A DNA stretch of 64,000 nt from Spirochaetia bacterium (GCA_045606105.1 JAZURI010000001.1:1-64000), one strand, 5' to 3'; shown: positions 48,086 to 59,081, counted from the stretch's first letter. Notes: generated by a model not told the origin, from the letters alone. Numbers and translations are program-made.

Positions 48086-49726
48086 ATGTTTGAAGTAACC
48101 TTGAGCGAAATGCTCAGACAGAAAACCAAGGAAAATCCCGATCAGGAATTCATGGTTTATGCAGACCGTGATCTCCGTTTTACATATGCTGAATTTGACA
48201 AAAGGGTCGATCATCTGGCCAAGGGGCTCCTGGCTATAGGAATAAAGAAGGGAGATAATGTGGGTATCTGGGCCACAAACGTGCCGGACTGGCTTACATT
48301 CCTTTTTGCCACAGCAAGAATCGGTGCCGTTTTCGTAACCGTAAACACAAATTACAAGCTCAGTGAGCTGGAATATCTGGTAAAGCAGTCTGATATTACC
48401 ACACTCTGCCTTTCCAGCGGTTTCAGGGACAACGACTATGTGGAAATGGTAAGACAGCTGGTACCTGAAGTTGATTATTACGAAAGGGGATATCTCAAAT
48501 CCAAGAAATTTCCTTTCCTTAAGAATATCGTATATATCGGACAGAAGAAGCATCACGGAATGTTCTCCACACAGGAGATCATGCTTCTGGGACAGCATGT
48601 GGACGATAAGGTGCTTCAGAAGGCTGAGGCTGCCGTTGATATCCACGATGTGGTGAATATGCAGTATACATCGGGAACCACAGGCTTCCCTAAAGGGGTA
48701 ATGCTTACTCATTACAATATCCTCAACAACGGATACTATATCGGAGAAAGCATGAAGTATACATCCAAGGAAAGGGTGTGTCTGCCGGTACCACTGTTCC
48801 ACTGCTTCGGTATTGTTCTCGGTGTCATGGCTATCTTTACCCACGGCGCCACACATGTAATGCTGGAACAGTTTGATCCGCTTCTGGCCCTGGCTTCCAT
48901 ACACAAGGAAAGGTGTACCGCCATCTACGGGGTGCCTACCATGTTCATAGCGGAACTGAACCATCCTATGTTCAAGATGTTTGACATGTCCTCTCTCAGA
49001 ACAGGAATCATGGCCGGTTCCCAGTGTCCTGTGGAGCTTATGAAGAGAGTAGTCAACGAGATGAACATGCGGGATATAACCAGCGTATACGGTCTTACCG
49101 AGGCATCTCCGGGCATGACCCAGAGTACCACTCTGGACCCGATTGAAAAGAGGGTGACCACAGTAGGAAAGGAGCTTCCGTTCATCGATGTAAAGGTCCT
49201 GAATCCGGAAACCCTGGAGGAGTGTCCGCCTGAAACAGTGGGCGAGCTCTGCTGCAAGGGATACAATATCATGAAGGGCTATTACAAGATGCCTGAGGAG
49301 ACAGCCAAGATCATAGACAGAAACGGCTATCTCCATTCCGGAGACCTGGGTCTGAAAACCAAGGACGGTTACTTCAAGGTTACCGGAAGAATCAAGGATA
49401 TGATTATCCGCGGCGGTGAAAACATCTATCCTATGGAAATAGAGGAATTCCTCCGTCTTATGCCTGAAATCAAGGATGTACAGGTGGCAGCCATTCCGGA
49501 CGAGAGATACGGAGAGGTGGCAGGCGCTTTCATTATTCTTCATGAGGGCAAGAGCCTGACAGAGGAAAAGGTAAAGGACTTCTGCCGTCAGAAGATATCA
49601 AGATACAAGATTCCACAGTATGTATTTTTCCTGGATCACGATTTTCCTATGACAGGAAGCGGAAAGATCCAGAAATTCAAGCTCACCGAGCTGGGAGTGG
49701 AACTGCTTAAAAAAAGGGAGGTTTAA
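48086..49726 (+). CDS. AMP-forming acyl-CoA synthetase (module 1)
   Basis: [32 protein letters not shown]. Confidence 0.92.
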   Translation: MFEVTLSEMLRQKTKENPDQEFMVYADRDLRFTYAEFDKRVDHLAKGLLAIGIKKGDNVGIWATNVPDWLTFLFATARIGAVFVTVNTNYKLSELEYLVKQSDITTLCLSSGFRDNDYVEMVRQLVPEVDYYERGYLKSKKFPFLKNIVYIGQKKHHGMFSTQEIMLLGQHVDDKVLQKAEAAVDIHDVVNMQYTSGTTGFPKGVMLTHYNILNNGYYIGESMKYTSKERVCLPVPLFHCFGIVLGVMAIFTHGATHVMLEQFDPLLALASIHKERCTAIYGVPTMFIAELNHPMFKMFDMSSLRTGIMAGSQCPVELMKRVVNEMNMRDITSVYGLTEASPGMTQSTTLDPIEKRVTTVGKELPFIDVKVLNPETLEECPPETVGELCCKGYNIMKGYYKMPEETAKIIDRNGYLHSGDLGLKTKDGYFKVTGRIKDMIIRGGENIYPMEIEEFLRLMPEIKDVQVAAIPDERYGEVAGAFIILHEGKSLTEEKVKDFCRQKISRYKIPQYVFFLDHDFPMTGSGKIQKFKLTELGVELLKKREV

Positions 49727-50278
49727 ATGAGTGATGAAATGAAAATGGTAGCTGAAAGACTCAAGGGGCTCAGGGAAATCATGGATGTAACACCTGAAGA
49801 AGCAGCAGAAGTATGCCGTCTCGGGGTAGAGGATTACATCAGGCTGGAAACCGGTACAGTGGATATTCCCGTAGGTGTTCTCCAGAGCATGGCCAAGAAA
49901 TACAATTTCGAACTTACCACTCTTATTTCGGGTGATGAGCCTCATATGCGCCATTATTTTGTAACAAGAAAGGGCAAGGGTCTTTCCATCGAAAGACGCC
50001 GCGATTATAAGTATCAGTCTCTGGCTTACGGTTTTGCCGACAGGAAGGCAGATCCGTTCATGGTGGTGGCGTCATCCGAAGACGCCGGTCCCATTCACTT
50101 CAACTCACATCCGGGCCAGGAGTTCAACTACATTATTGAGGGGTCCCTGAAGCTGGTTATCGACAATAAGGAACTTATTCTTGAAGAAGGGGATTCCATA
50201 TATTTTGATGCCACAAAACCTCATGGAATGAAAGCTCTTAATGGCAGAGATGCCAAATTTCTGGCAATTATTTTTTAA
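49727..50278 (+). CDS. XRE-HTH + cupin regulator (module 2)
   Basis: HTH; HPGQEF...GDSIYFD..PH. Confidence 0.9.
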   Translation: MSDEMKMVAERLKGLREIMDVTPEEAAEVCRLGVEDYIRLETGTVDIPVGVLQSMAKKYNFELTTLISGDEPHMRHYFVTRKGKGLSIERRRDYKYQSLAYGFADRKADPFMVVASSEDAGPIHFNSHPGQEFNYIIEGSLKLVIDNKELILEEGDSIYFDATKPHGMKALNGRDAKFLAIIF

Positions 50279-50292
50279 GGATTTTATTTGCA

Positions 50293-51945
50293 ATGTTAGT
50301 TGAAAAATTTGTAAACAGAACTGAATTCTCGTCATATGACGATTTCTATAATAATTTTGAACTTAAGGTGCCTGACAATTTCAACTTCGCCTTCGATGTG
50401 ATAGATGAACTTGCAGAAAAGATACCGGACGGCAGAGCCATGATATGGCTTGACGACAGAGGTGATTACAGGGAATTCACCTTTGCACAGCTCAAGGAAT
50501 GCAGCGACAGGACAGCAGCTTTCTTCAGGAGCATGGGAATAGGAAAAGGGGATATGGTAATGCTTATCCTCCAGAGAAGGTATGAATGGTGGTTCTCCAT
50601 GATTGCACTTCACAGGCTTGGTGCCGTATGTATTCCGGCAACCCACATGCTGACCAAGGAAGACATCGTGTTCCGTAATAACGCCGCTGAGATAAAGATG
50701 ATTCTTGCGGTAAACGACGGCGATATACCATCCCACGTGGAGTCAGCTATGCCCGATTCTCCTACAGTAAAGCATCTGGTTATGGTGGGAGGAAAAAGGG
50801 ATGGCTGGATAAGCTTTGAAGAGGGCTTTGAAAAGGCAGCCCCGGAGAAGTTCGAACGCGTTACCGAAAACAGCGATATCTCACTTATATATTTTACATC
50901 CGGAACCACAAACCACCCGAAAATGGTGGCTCATGATTTCCTTTATCCTCTGGGACATATCGTTACAGGTTTTTTCTGGCATAACGTAAGACCGGGCGGA
51001 ATTCACCTGACCGTGGCCGACACAGGCTGGGGAAAGGCTGTCTGGGGCAAGTTCTACGGACAGTGGATAAGCGAGGGAACAGTATTCGTTTACGATTACC
51101 ATGCAAGATTCAAGGCTGTGGATCTGGTGGACCTGATACAGAAATACAGGATAACATCCTTCTGTGCTCCCCCTACAATCTACCGCTTCCTTATCCAGGA
51201 GGATCTTTCCGGGTACGACCTTTCTTCCCTGCAGCACTGCACCACAGCCGGCGAGCCTCTTTCCGACGAGGTATTCAACCGCTGGAAGCAGATAACAGGG
51301 CTCAGCATCAGGGAGGGCTTCGGACAGACAGAAACCACTCTTTCTCTCCTGAACTTTGCGGGAGATTCCATGATCAAGCCGGGTGCGGTGGGAAAACCGG
51401 CCCCTTATTACAGGACCGTAATCCTTGACAGCGAAAACAAGGAGTGCGAGGACGGAGAAGTGGGAGAAATCGCTTTCCCTATCAAGGATGGGCATTTTCC
51501 GGGACTTTTCAGGGAATATTACAAGGATGAAGCCAAGACCAAAGCTGTAATGAGGGACGGCTTCTACTTTACCGGAGATACCGCCTGGAGGGACGAGGAC
51601 GGATTCTTCTGGTTTACCGGCCGTAACGACGATGTTATAAAATGCTCAGGCTACAGAATCGGAACCTTTGAGGTGGAAAGCGTGCTTATGCAGCATCCGG
51701 CCGTGGTGGAATGTGCCGTTACAGGGGCTCCCGATCCGGTAAGAGGACAGGTGGTCAAGGCTACAATCGTCCTCGCAGCGGCATACAGACCGGGCAATGA
51801 TGAGTTGGTAAAGGATATCCAGACATTTGTAAAGAATGTTACCGCTCCTTACAAATATCCGAGAATAGTTGAGTTTACCGATGAGCTTCCTAAGACAATC
51901 AGCGGAAAGATCAAGAGAAAGGATCTCCGGGAAGCATCAAAATAG
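50293..51945 (+). CDS. AMP-forming short/medium-chain acyl-CoA synthetase (module 2)
   Basis: FTSGTTNHPK, EGFGQTE, TGD, GR.DD, PYKYPR, PKTISGKI. Confidence 0.92.
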   Translation: MLVEKFVNRTEFSSYDDFYNNFELKVPDNFNFAFDVIDELAEKIPDGRAMIWLDDRGDYREFTFAQLKECSDRTAAFFRSMGIGKGDMVMLILQRRYEWWFSMIALHRLGAVCIPATHMLTKEDIVFRNNAAEIKMILAVNDGDIPSHVESAMPDSPTVKHLVMVGGKRDGWISFEEGFEKAAPEKFERVTENSDISLIYFTSGTTNHPKMVAHDFLYPLGHIVTGFFWHNVRPGGIHLTVADTGWGKAVWGKFYGQWISEGTVFVYDYHARFKAVDLVDLIQKYRITSFCAPPTIYRFLIQEDLSGYDLSSLQHCTTAGEPLSDEVFNRWKQITGLSIREGFGQTETTLSLLNFAGDSMIKPGAVGKPAPYYRTVILDSENKECEDGEVGEIAFPIKDGHFPGLFREYYKDEAKTKAVMRDGFYFTGDTAWRDEDGFFWFTGRNDDVIKCSGYRIGTFEVESVLMQHPAVVECAVTGAPDPVRGQVVKATIVLAAAYRPGNDELVKDIQTFVKNVTAPYKYPRIVEFTDELPKTISGKIKRKDLREASK

Positions 51946-51953
51946 GAGGAACC

Positions 51954-52508
51954 ATGAATACACAGGTCAAGGCAGTTGCAGCCCGTCTCAGGGAACTGCG
52001 CGAAATTATGGATGTTACACCGGAAGAAGCGGCAGAGGTATGCGGCGTTTCGGTAGAGCGTTATCTTGAACTCGAATCAGGAAACACCGATATTCCTATC
52101 AGCGTCATGTTCTGCATGGGAAAGAAGTTCAATATGGATATGAATTCATTCCTTTCGGGAGAGGATTCCAGGAAGGTTTCTTATTTTGTCACCCCTAAGG
52201 ACAAGGGAATAGTGGTGGACAGGCTTGCCGATTACCATTTCGAATCCCTGGCCTACGGTTTTGCCAACAGAAAGGCAGATCCGTTTCTGGTAACAATCAA
52301 TCCGGGACAGATTCCGGTGATTCATCCCACAACCCATCCGGGACAGGAGTTCAACTATGTTATCGAGGGCTCCGTAAGGGTACAGATCGGAAACAGCTCC
52401 GTGGTGCTCAACGAGGGGGATTCCATCTATTTCGATTCTTCACTTCCTCACGGACAGCAGAATGCCGATGACAGAAGGTGTAGATTTATTACAATAATTT
52501 TATTATAA
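51954..52508 (+). CDS. XRE-HTH + cupin regulator (module 3)
   Basis: Paralogue of 49727..50278 (shared REIMDVTPEEAAEVC, SLAYGFA.RKADPF, HPGQEFNY). Confidence 0.9.
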   Translation: MNTQVKAVAARLRELREIMDVTPEEAAEVCGVSVERYLELESGNTDIPISVMFCMGKKFNMDMNSFLSGEDSRKVSYFVTPKDKGIVVDRLADYHFESLAYGFANRKADPFLVTINPGQIPVIHPTTHPGQEFNYVIEGSVRVQIGNSSVVLNEGDSIYFDSSLPHGQQNADDRRCRFITIILL

Positions 52509-52538
52509 AATAATAGGACACGATTTAAGGAAATAATA

Positions 52539-54254
52539 ATGGAAGAGTTTTTTTTGCCACGAACGGAGTTTTCTTCCTACAGTGACTTCATGGAAAACTA
52601 TGAGCTGAGAATCCCCGAAAACTTCAATTTCGGATACGATATCATGGATGCAATAGCTGCCAGGACACCCGATGCTCCGGCCATGGTATGGACCAATGAT
52701 GAAGATGAATGCTACAGGATTTCCTTCGGAAAAATGAAGGAGCTTTCCGACAGAGCCGCATCGTTTTTTCTGCAGTGCGGTATAAAAAGAGGGGATTTTG
52801 TCATGCTGATCCTCCAGAGACGATACGAGTTCTGGGTCTCCATGATTGCTCTTCACAAGATCGGTGCAGTAGCCATTCCCGCAACCCATATGCTTACCGT
52901 GGAGGATCTTGTTTTCCGCAACAACTTTGCCGGAATCAAGATGATTGTTGCAGTCAATTCTCCCGACATTATCAGGCATATTTCCGATTCTCTTCCGGAA
53001 TCTCCGACAGTCAGGCTCTGTGCCGCGGTAAACGAGTTCGGAGTAAACAGACCTCTTGACTACGTTCCCGAAGGCTGGGTCGATTTCAACGAAGGGTGCC
53101 GCAAGGCTCCTCCGTTTCCCGTTCTTCCGAGAAGCGAGGTTTCAAGCAACAACGATTACATGCTGGGATATTTCACATCAGGAACCACCAGTCATCCTAA
53201 GCTGGCCATCCATAACTTCCTTTATCCTCTGGGACATATCGTTACAGCCAAGTATTGGCAGAATGTAAGGAAGGGGGGACTTCATCTCACCGTTGCCGAC
53301 AGCGGCTGGGCCAAGACCTCCTGGGGCCGCCTTTACGGACAGTGGATCTGCGAGACCGCCCTTTTCGTTTATGACTATCATTCAAGGTTCCAGCCTACAG
53401 ATCTTCTGGAGCAGGTACAGAAGCATAAGATAACCACCTTCTGTGCTCCTCCTACCATATACCGTTTCCTTATACAGGAGGATCTTTCAGGCTACGACCT
53501 TTCATCCCTCACCCATTGTTCCACAGCGGGAGAGCCTCTTTCCGACGAGGTTTTCAACAAATGGAAGGAGTATACAGGATTTGAAATCACCGAAGGCTTC
53601 GGCCAGACAGAAACCACGGTATCCCTTTTCAATTTCGAGGGGGAGAAAATCAAGCCGGGCTCCGTGGGAAAACCTGCCCCTTACTATGATATCTGCCTTA
53701 TGGATGACAATCTGGAAGAGGTGGGAAATGCAGTTGTGGGGCAGATCTGCTTCAGGCTGAACAAGGAAAAATTCCCGGAAACAGAGGGACGCTTCCCGGG
53801 TCTTGTATGCGAATATTACGGAAGTCCCGAAAAAACCGCCGAGGTATTCAGGGACGGATACTATCTTACAGGCGATACCGCATGGCGCGACGGCGACGGA
53901 CATTACTGGTTCATGGGGCGCTGTGACGACGTAATCAAGTGCTCAGGCTACAGAATCGGTACCTTCGAGGTGGAAAGTGTTCTTGAAGGGCATCCGGCAG
54001 TTCTGGAATGCGCGGTTACGGGAGCTCCCGATCCTATCAGAGGCCAGGTGGTCAAGGCCACCATCGTCCTGACCAAGGAATACAGGCCCGGAAACCACGA
54101 TCTTAAAAAAGAAATACAGAATTATGTAAAAAGTACTACCGCTCCTTACAAATATCCCCGTATAATAGAGTTTGTGGATGAACTTCCTAAAACAATCAGC
54201 GGAAAAATCCGAAGAAATGTTATAAAAAACAAAGACAAGGAGAATGAAAAATGA
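52539..54254 (+). CDS. AMP-forming acyl-CoA synthetase (module 3)
   Basis: Paralogue of 50293..51945 (shared CAPPTIYRFLIQEDLSGYDLSSL, DDVIKCSGYRIGTFEVES). Confidence 0.92.
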   Translation: MEEFFLPRTEFSSYSDFMENYELRIPENFNFGYDIMDAIAARTPDAPAMVWTNDEDECYRISFGKMKELSDRAASFFLQCGIKRGDFVMLILQRRYEFWVSMIALHKIGAVAIPATHMLTVEDLVFRNNFAGIKMIVAVNSPDIIRHISDSLPESPTVRLCAAVNEFGVNRPLDYVPEGWVDFNEGCRKAPPFPVLPRSEVSSNNDYMLGYFTSGTTSHPKLAIHNFLYPLGHIVTAKYWQNVRKGGLHLTVADSGWAKTSWGRLYGQWICETALFVYDYHSRFQPTDLLEQVQKHKITTFCAPPTIYRFLIQEDLSGYDLSSLTHCSTAGEPLSDEVFNKWKEYTGFEITEGFGQTETTVSLFNFEGEKIKPGSVGKPAPYYDICLMDDNLEEVGNAVVGQICFRLNKEKFPETEGRFPGLVCEYYGSPEKTAEVFRDGYYLTGDTAWRDGDGHYWFMGRCDDVIKCSGYRIGTFEVESVLEGHPAVLECAVTGAPDPIRGQVVKATIVLTKEYRPGNHDLKKEIQNYVKSTTAPYKYPRIIEFVDELPKTISGKIRRNVIKNKDKENEK

Positions 54255-54757
54255 AAAAATTATTTTTTGTTGTAATGCTGACAGCAGCAGTTTCTGCATT
54301 TGCGGCACCTGCTTCCACAGTTCAGGATCTTGTTCCTGCTCCGGACAGCAAGGCTCCCAAGAATTTTGTTCTGTACAACCAGGATATCTATGAATATAAT
54401 TCCGAAGGAAAACTTATAAAGGAAACTGCGGCGGCAGACAAGGGTGTGGCAGATTCTGTTACAAAGACCTATGAGTATGACGGTGCGGGAAAGCTTATCA
54501 AGGAAAATATTTACTTCAACGGAAAGCTGGATGATTTCATGACCTATGAGTACAACAAGGACGGTACTCTGGCCAAGGAAACAGAATTCAGTGCCAAGGG
54601 AAACATCAAGAATTTCAAGACTTACACCTATCTCGACGGCGGAAAGAGAGTTGAGCGCAAGCATGTGAAATCCGACGGTGTTTATTACCGCTATGTTGTT
54701 AAACTTTACGATGCATCGGGAAATCTTCTCGAGCACTCAGAATACAGATTAAAATAA
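54251..54757 (+). CDS. Secreted hypothetical protein with YD-like repeats
   Basis: Signal peptide (..VSAFA); YEYNSEGKLIKE, YEYDGAGKLIKE, YEYNKDGTLAKE, LYDASGNLLE. Confidence 0.7.
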   Translation: MKKLFFVVMLTAAVSAFAAPASTVQDLVPAPDSKAPKNFVLYNQDIYEYNSEGKLIKETAAADKGVADSVTKTYEYDGAGKLIKENIYFNGKLDDFMTYEYNKDGTLAKETEFSAKGNIKNFKTYTYLDGGKRVERKHVKSDGVYYRYVVKLYDASGNLLEHSEYRLK

Positions 54758-54770
54758 AAGTCAGGAAAAT

Positions 54771-56039
54771 ATGTTAGACATCAGATTCATCAAAGAAAAT
54801 CTTGCACAGGTAAAAAAGAACATTGCCGACAGGAACATGGTTGCGGATGCAGACCTTGTCGTGGAACTTTATGACAGGAAGAACGCCCTTCAGCAGCAGC
54901 TTGACCAGCTGAGACAGAAGAGAAACGAGAATGCCGCAAAAATGAAAGGAAAGCTGGAGCAGGAAGTGCGCCAGGTTCTCATTGCGGAAGGAAAGGAGCT
55001 CAAGGAGCAGATTGCCGTTCTGGAAAAGGATTTTGAGGAACAGGAAGCTGCCTACAGAAAAGCCATGATGGATATTCCGAACATGGCGCATCCGGATGCA
55101 CCTATCGGAAAAGAGGACAAGGAAAACCTGGAAGTAGCCAGATGGGGAGAGGTTCCTCAGTTCGGTTTTGAACCTAAGGATCATGTGGAACTTACAGAAG
55201 CTCTGGATATGGTGGACTTTGAGACAGCCACAAGAGTTTCCGGAACCAAGTTCTATTACCTCAAGAACGAGGCTGTAATCCTGGAACTTGCTCTTACACG
55301 CTATGTAATGGATATCCTCATGAAAGAGGGCTTTACTCCGTTCATTACCCCTGACGTGGCCAAGGAGGAGGTAGCCGCAGGAATCGGCTTCAATCCAAGA
55401 GGCGACGAAAGCAATATCTACACAGTAGAAGGAACAGGAACATGTCTGGTCGGAACAGCCGAAATCACATTGGGCGGTTACCTGGCAGGAAAGACACTGG
55501 AAGCAGACAAGCTGCCTATCAAGATGGCCGGCCTTTCTCACTGCTTCAGAAGAGAAGCCGGAGCTGCAGGTCAGTTCTCAAGAGGTCTCTACAGGGTTCA
55601 TCAGTTCTCAAAGGTAGAGATGTTCATCTACTGTCTTCCTGAAGATTCTGACAGGATGCATCAGTATATCCGTTCCGTGGAGGAGAAGATTTTCCAGGGT
55701 CTCGGAATTCCGTACCGTGTAGTTGATACCTGTACAGGAGACCTGGGTGCATCAGCATACAGAAAATATGACCTTGAGGCATGGATGCCGGGCCGCGGAG
55801 ACTGGGGCGAAATCACCAGTACCTCCAACTGTACCGATTTCCAGGCCCGCCGTCTCGGAATCAAGTACAAGACAGAAAAGGGAAGCGAATATCTGCACAT
55901 GCTCAACGGAACAGCAATGGCGCTTTCCAGGGCAATGATTGCGGTTATCGAGAACTATCAGCAGGAAGACGGCTCTATCCTTATTCCTGAAAACCTGAAG
56001 CCTTATACCGGCTTTGACAGAATCTGTCCTAAGAAATAA
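54771..56039 (+). CDS. serS: Serine--tRNA ligase
   Basis: MLDIRFI, GTAE, CFRREAG, RVHQF.KVE, SNCTDFQARR, HMLNGT. Confidence 0.97.
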   Translation: MLDIRFIKENLAQVKKNIADRNMVADADLVVELYDRKNALQQQLDQLRQKRNENAAKMKGKLEQEVRQVLIAEGKELKEQIAVLEKDFEEQEAAYRKAMMDIPNMAHPDAPIGKEDKENLEVARWGEVPQFGFEPKDHVELTEALDMVDFETATRVSGTKFYYLKNEAVILELALTRYVMDILMKEGFTPFITPDVAKEEVAAGIGFNPRGDESNIYTVEGTGTCLVGTAEITLGGYLAGKTLEADKLPIKMAGLSHCFRREAGAAGQFSRGLYRVHQFSKVEMFIYCLPEDSDRMHQYIRSVEEKIFQGLGIPYRVVDTCTGDLGASAYRKYDLEAWMPGRGDWGEITSTSNCTDFQARRLGIKYKTEKGSEYLHMLNGTAMALSRAMIAVIENYQQEDGSILIPENLKPYTGFDRICPKK

Positions 56040-56049
56040 AAGGTAGCTG

Positions 56050-57774
56050 ATGGAATTCTTATCCGGGGTTCTGCCTAACTTTATGCATTTCAATGCTGTG
56101 GAAAGTACAAACCTGGTGCTGCTTCTGGGAACAATCATGTTCCTGGGAGCCATCGGGGGAAGACTTTTTCAGAAGCTCAGGATTCCTCAGGTTGTAGGTT
56201 ATATCGTAATCGGTATAATCATCGGTCAGTCGGGTCTCCAGCTTCTTCACATTGATGTCATTACATCACTGACTCCCCTTTCCAACATAGCTCTGACACT
56301 TATCGGCTTCATGATAGGAAGCGAGCTCCGTATTACTGTAATCAGGAAATACGGAAAGCAGTTTGTGGGAATTCTCCTTCTGGAGGCCATCATTCCGTTT
56401 ATTGTTGTAACTATTCTGGTTACTTCAGTTTCCATGCTTATTACGGGGGATATAATCCTGTCCGTATCCATGGGTGCATTGCTGGGTGCTATCTCGTCGG
56501 CCACGGCTCCTGCAGCCACCACCGATGTTCTCCGTGAAAACCGTACCAAAGGACCTCTTACAACCATTGTTTACGGAATAGTTGCCATGGATGATGCCGT
56601 GGCCCTGATCCTCTACGCAATGGCTGCATCCCTTGCTTCAGCACTGCTGGGAAGCCGTACCGGTTCTCTCATGTCCCAGATAATGATGCTGGGATACGAT
56701 GTCATAGTATCGGTTGTCCTGGGTTCCCTTTTCGGCTTTGTACTGGGGCTTCTCATCAGGAACGTAATGAAGGATGAGGGAAGAATCCTGGCATTCTGTC
56801 TCGGTTCCCTGTTCCTTTCCACCGGTATATGCGAATTTCTCCATCTGGACAACATACTGGCAGCCATGTCCATGGGCTTTTTCATGGTAAACTTTGCCCC
56901 TGCAAAGACCAGACCGGTGTTTGCCCTTACCGAAAAGTTCACACCGCCTATATATGTCCTGTTTTTTGTCCTTGTAGGGGCAAAGCTGAATATATGGCAG
57001 GTGAATGCCTATGTGGCTTTCATTGCGGTGCTGTACATACTCTGCCGTACACTGGGCAAGGCCATCGGTGCCAGAATGGGTGCCAGGCTTACAAAAGCTC
57101 CTGAAACGGTGTACAAGTATCTTCCGTACTGTCTCCTTAGCCAGGCCGGAGTTGCCATCGGTCTTTCCATTGCGGCAGGTCAGGATTTTGCCGATAATAT
57201 CGGACCTACCGTCATGCTCATAATTACTGCCACCACCTTTGTGGTTCAGCTGGCAGGTCCTATTTTTGTAAAGTACGGTGTAACCAAGGCCGGCGAATGC
57301 GGTCTTGACGTGTGTGCCGAAGATATAATGAAGAACTGCTATGTGTCCGATGTGGAAAGCGGCGGACAGAAGGTCTGCTCAAGAACCTTCCATACCGTTG
57401 TCCCGGAAACAGAGAAGCTTACAAACCTTCTGGAATCCTTCAGCCGGCATCATAACCGGAGCTTTGTAGTAAAGGACAGCGAGGGAAAGCTGGCCGGGCT
57501 CATTACCCTGCAGAATCTTCAGGATTCCTTCCAGATTCTGGAATTTTCCCAGGCGGTGATTGCTGCCGATATCATGGATGAATGGAAGGGAGTCTGCAGC
57601 CCGGAAATGTCCATTCCTGAGGTTTACAAGCTTTTTGAAAAATACGATACAGATGTTCTTCCGGTGGTGGACAAGGATGGATTTGTCTGCGGTATCATGG
57701 AAAGACACACCATCGAGCGTTATCTGAAGTCTCAGGTTCTTGCCATCAGGCAGAGAATCGCTCAGCTGGGGTAA
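56050..57774 (+). CDS. Cation:proton antiporter with C-terminal CBS pair
   Basis: IPQVVGY, SATAPAAT, AMDDA, SQAGVAIG; CBS-like C-terminus. Confidence 0.88.
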   Translation: MEFLSGVLPNFMHFNAVESTNLVLLLGTIMFLGAIGGRLFQKLRIPQVVGYIVIGIIIGQSGLQLLHIDVITSLTPLSNIALTLIGFMIGSELRITVIRKYGKQFVGILLLEAIIPFIVVTILVTSVSMLITGDIILSVSMGALLGAISSATAPAATTDVLRENRTKGPLTTIVYGIVAMDDAVALILYAMAASLASALLGSRTGSLMSQIMMLGYDVIVSVVLGSLFGFVLGLLIRNVMKDEGRILAFCLGSLFLSTGICEFLHLDNILAAMSMGFFMVNFAPAKTRPVFALTEKFTPPIYVLFFVLVGAKLNIWQVNAYVAFIAVLYILCRTLGKAIGARMGARLTKAPETVYKYLPYCLLSQAGVAIGLSIAAGQDFADNIGPTVMLIITATTFVVQLAGPIFVKYGVTKAGECGLDVCAEDIMKNCYVSDVESGGQKVCSRTFHTVVPETEKLTNLLESFSRHHNRSFVVKDSEGKLAGLITLQNLQDSFQILEFSQAVIAADIMDEWKGVCSPEMSIPEVYKLFEKYDTDVLPVVDKDGFVCGIMERHTIERYLKSQVLAIRQRIAQLG

Positions 57775-57777
57775 GTC

Positions 57778-58572
57778 ATGGAAACAGTAATTGCTGTCAT
57801 CCTGGGCATAGTGGAAGGGCTTACGGAATTCCTTCCCGTATCATCCACAGGGCATCTTATAATTACCGGAAACATCCTTTCTTTTAACAATCCCGAATTC
57901 GAGAACATGTTCAATGTTGTCATCCAGTTCGGTGCCATAAGTGCGGTAATCTTCTATTTCTGGAAAAGGATATTCCCTTTCGGAAAGCCTGAGGAGGAGA
58001 GAAAAAGGACTTTCCGTCTCTGGTTCCGCATAGCGGCCGGTTTTATCCCGGCAGCGGTATTGGGTGTGCTTCTGGACAACCTTATCGATACCTATCTTTT
58101 TAATCCCGTAACCGTAGCTGCAGCCCTTATGGCAGGTGCGGTTCTGATTTTTATCGCAGAGGGGCGGGGACAGAAAAAAATACGGACAGAGCAGCCGGAG
58201 GATATTTCCTATAAGCAAGCATTCATAGTGGGCTGTTTCCAATGTCTGGCCATGTGGCCCGGCATGTCCAGGTCTGCCTCCACCATTATCGGCGGTATCT
58301 TCTGCGGCTTCTCCAGGGCGGCTGCGGCAGAGTTTTCGTTCCTGCTGGGAATACCGACCATCATGGGGGCATCCCTTTTCAAGCTGATGAAAGGGGGACT
58401 GAGCTTCACATCCTCAGAATGGGGTCTTATCGGAATCGGTACCGTGGTATCCTTCCTTACAGCCTTGCTGGTTATCCATTTCTTTATGGGATACCTGAGA
58501 AAATACAGTCTTAAACCATTTGCCATCTACAGGATAGTGCTGGGAGCCGCGGTTCTCATTTTCTGTCTGTAA
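57778..58572 (+). CDS. uppP: Undecaprenyl-diphosphate phosphatase
   Basis: VEGLTEFLPVSSTGH, PGMSRS, AAEFSF. Confidence 0.95.
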   Translation: METVIAVILGIVEGLTEFLPVSSTGHLIITGNILSFNNPEFENMFNVVIQFGAISAVIFYFWKRIFPFGKPEEERKRTFRLWFRIAAGFIPAAVLGVLLDNLIDTYLFNPVTVAAALMAGAVLIFIAEGRGQKKIRTEQPEDISYKQAFIVGCFQCLAMWPGMSRSASTIIGGIFCGFSRAAAAEFSFLLGIPTIMGASLFKLMKGGLSFTSSEWGLIGIGTVVSFLTALLVIHFFMGYLRKYSLKPFAIYRIVLGAAVLIFCL

Positions 58573-58594
58573 GGGTGATATCTAAGGAGATAAC

Positions 58595-59044
58595 ATGAAA
58601 ACAAGAGAAGAATATGTTGAACTGGCCAAAGCCAATTTCAAGAAAGGATATAACTGTTCCCAGGCAGTACTCATGACCTTTGCCGAAGAGCTGGGTATAG
58701 ATCCGGCACAGGCTGAAAAGCTTGCACAGCCCTTCGGAGCCGGAATGGGAGGAATGAGGGAGGTCTGCGGAGCGGTAAGCGGTATGTTCCTCTGTGCCGG
58801 CCTTAAATTCGGCGGCAATCCTGACAAGAAGGCACATTACATGCTTATTCAGGAAATGGCTGAAAAGTTCAGGGAACAGAGCGGCGGCTCCATCATCTGC
58901 CGTGAGCTGCTGGGGCTTTCTCCTGCAGATAAAAGCTGTGCCGCACCAAGGACACCGGAATATTACAAGAAGAGACCATGCGTTGAGCTGGTAGGAGATG
59001 CCGCCGGTATTTTTGCCGATATGTTATTGAAAAGTTCTACTTGA
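58595..59044 (+). CDS. C-GCAxxG-C-C family putative redox protein
   Basis: GYNCSQAV, FGAGMG, VCGAVSG, SIICRELLG, RPC. Confidence 0.88.
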   Translation: MKTREEYVELAKANFKKGYNCSQAVLMTFAEELGIDPAQAEKLAQPFGAGMGGMREVCGAVSGMFLCAGLKFGGNPDKKAHYMLIQEMAEKFREQSGGSIICRELLGLSPADKSCAAPRTPEYYKKRPCVELVGDAAGIFADMLLKSST

Positions 59045-59081
59045 TTTTTTCAATATTTGATTTCTATAATAACATAATATT

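Noticed and set aside
47999-49543. Long antisense ORFs (514 aa here; also 26417-27286, 29824-30630, 33832-34776, 39112-39972, 41361-42197, 54774-55541)
   Set aside because: They are shadows of well-supported genes on the opposite strand, with no motifs; expected from codon bias.
59045-59081. Purine riboswitch upstream of xpt
   Set aside because: The intergenic gap is only about 37 nt and appears to hold just a promoter.
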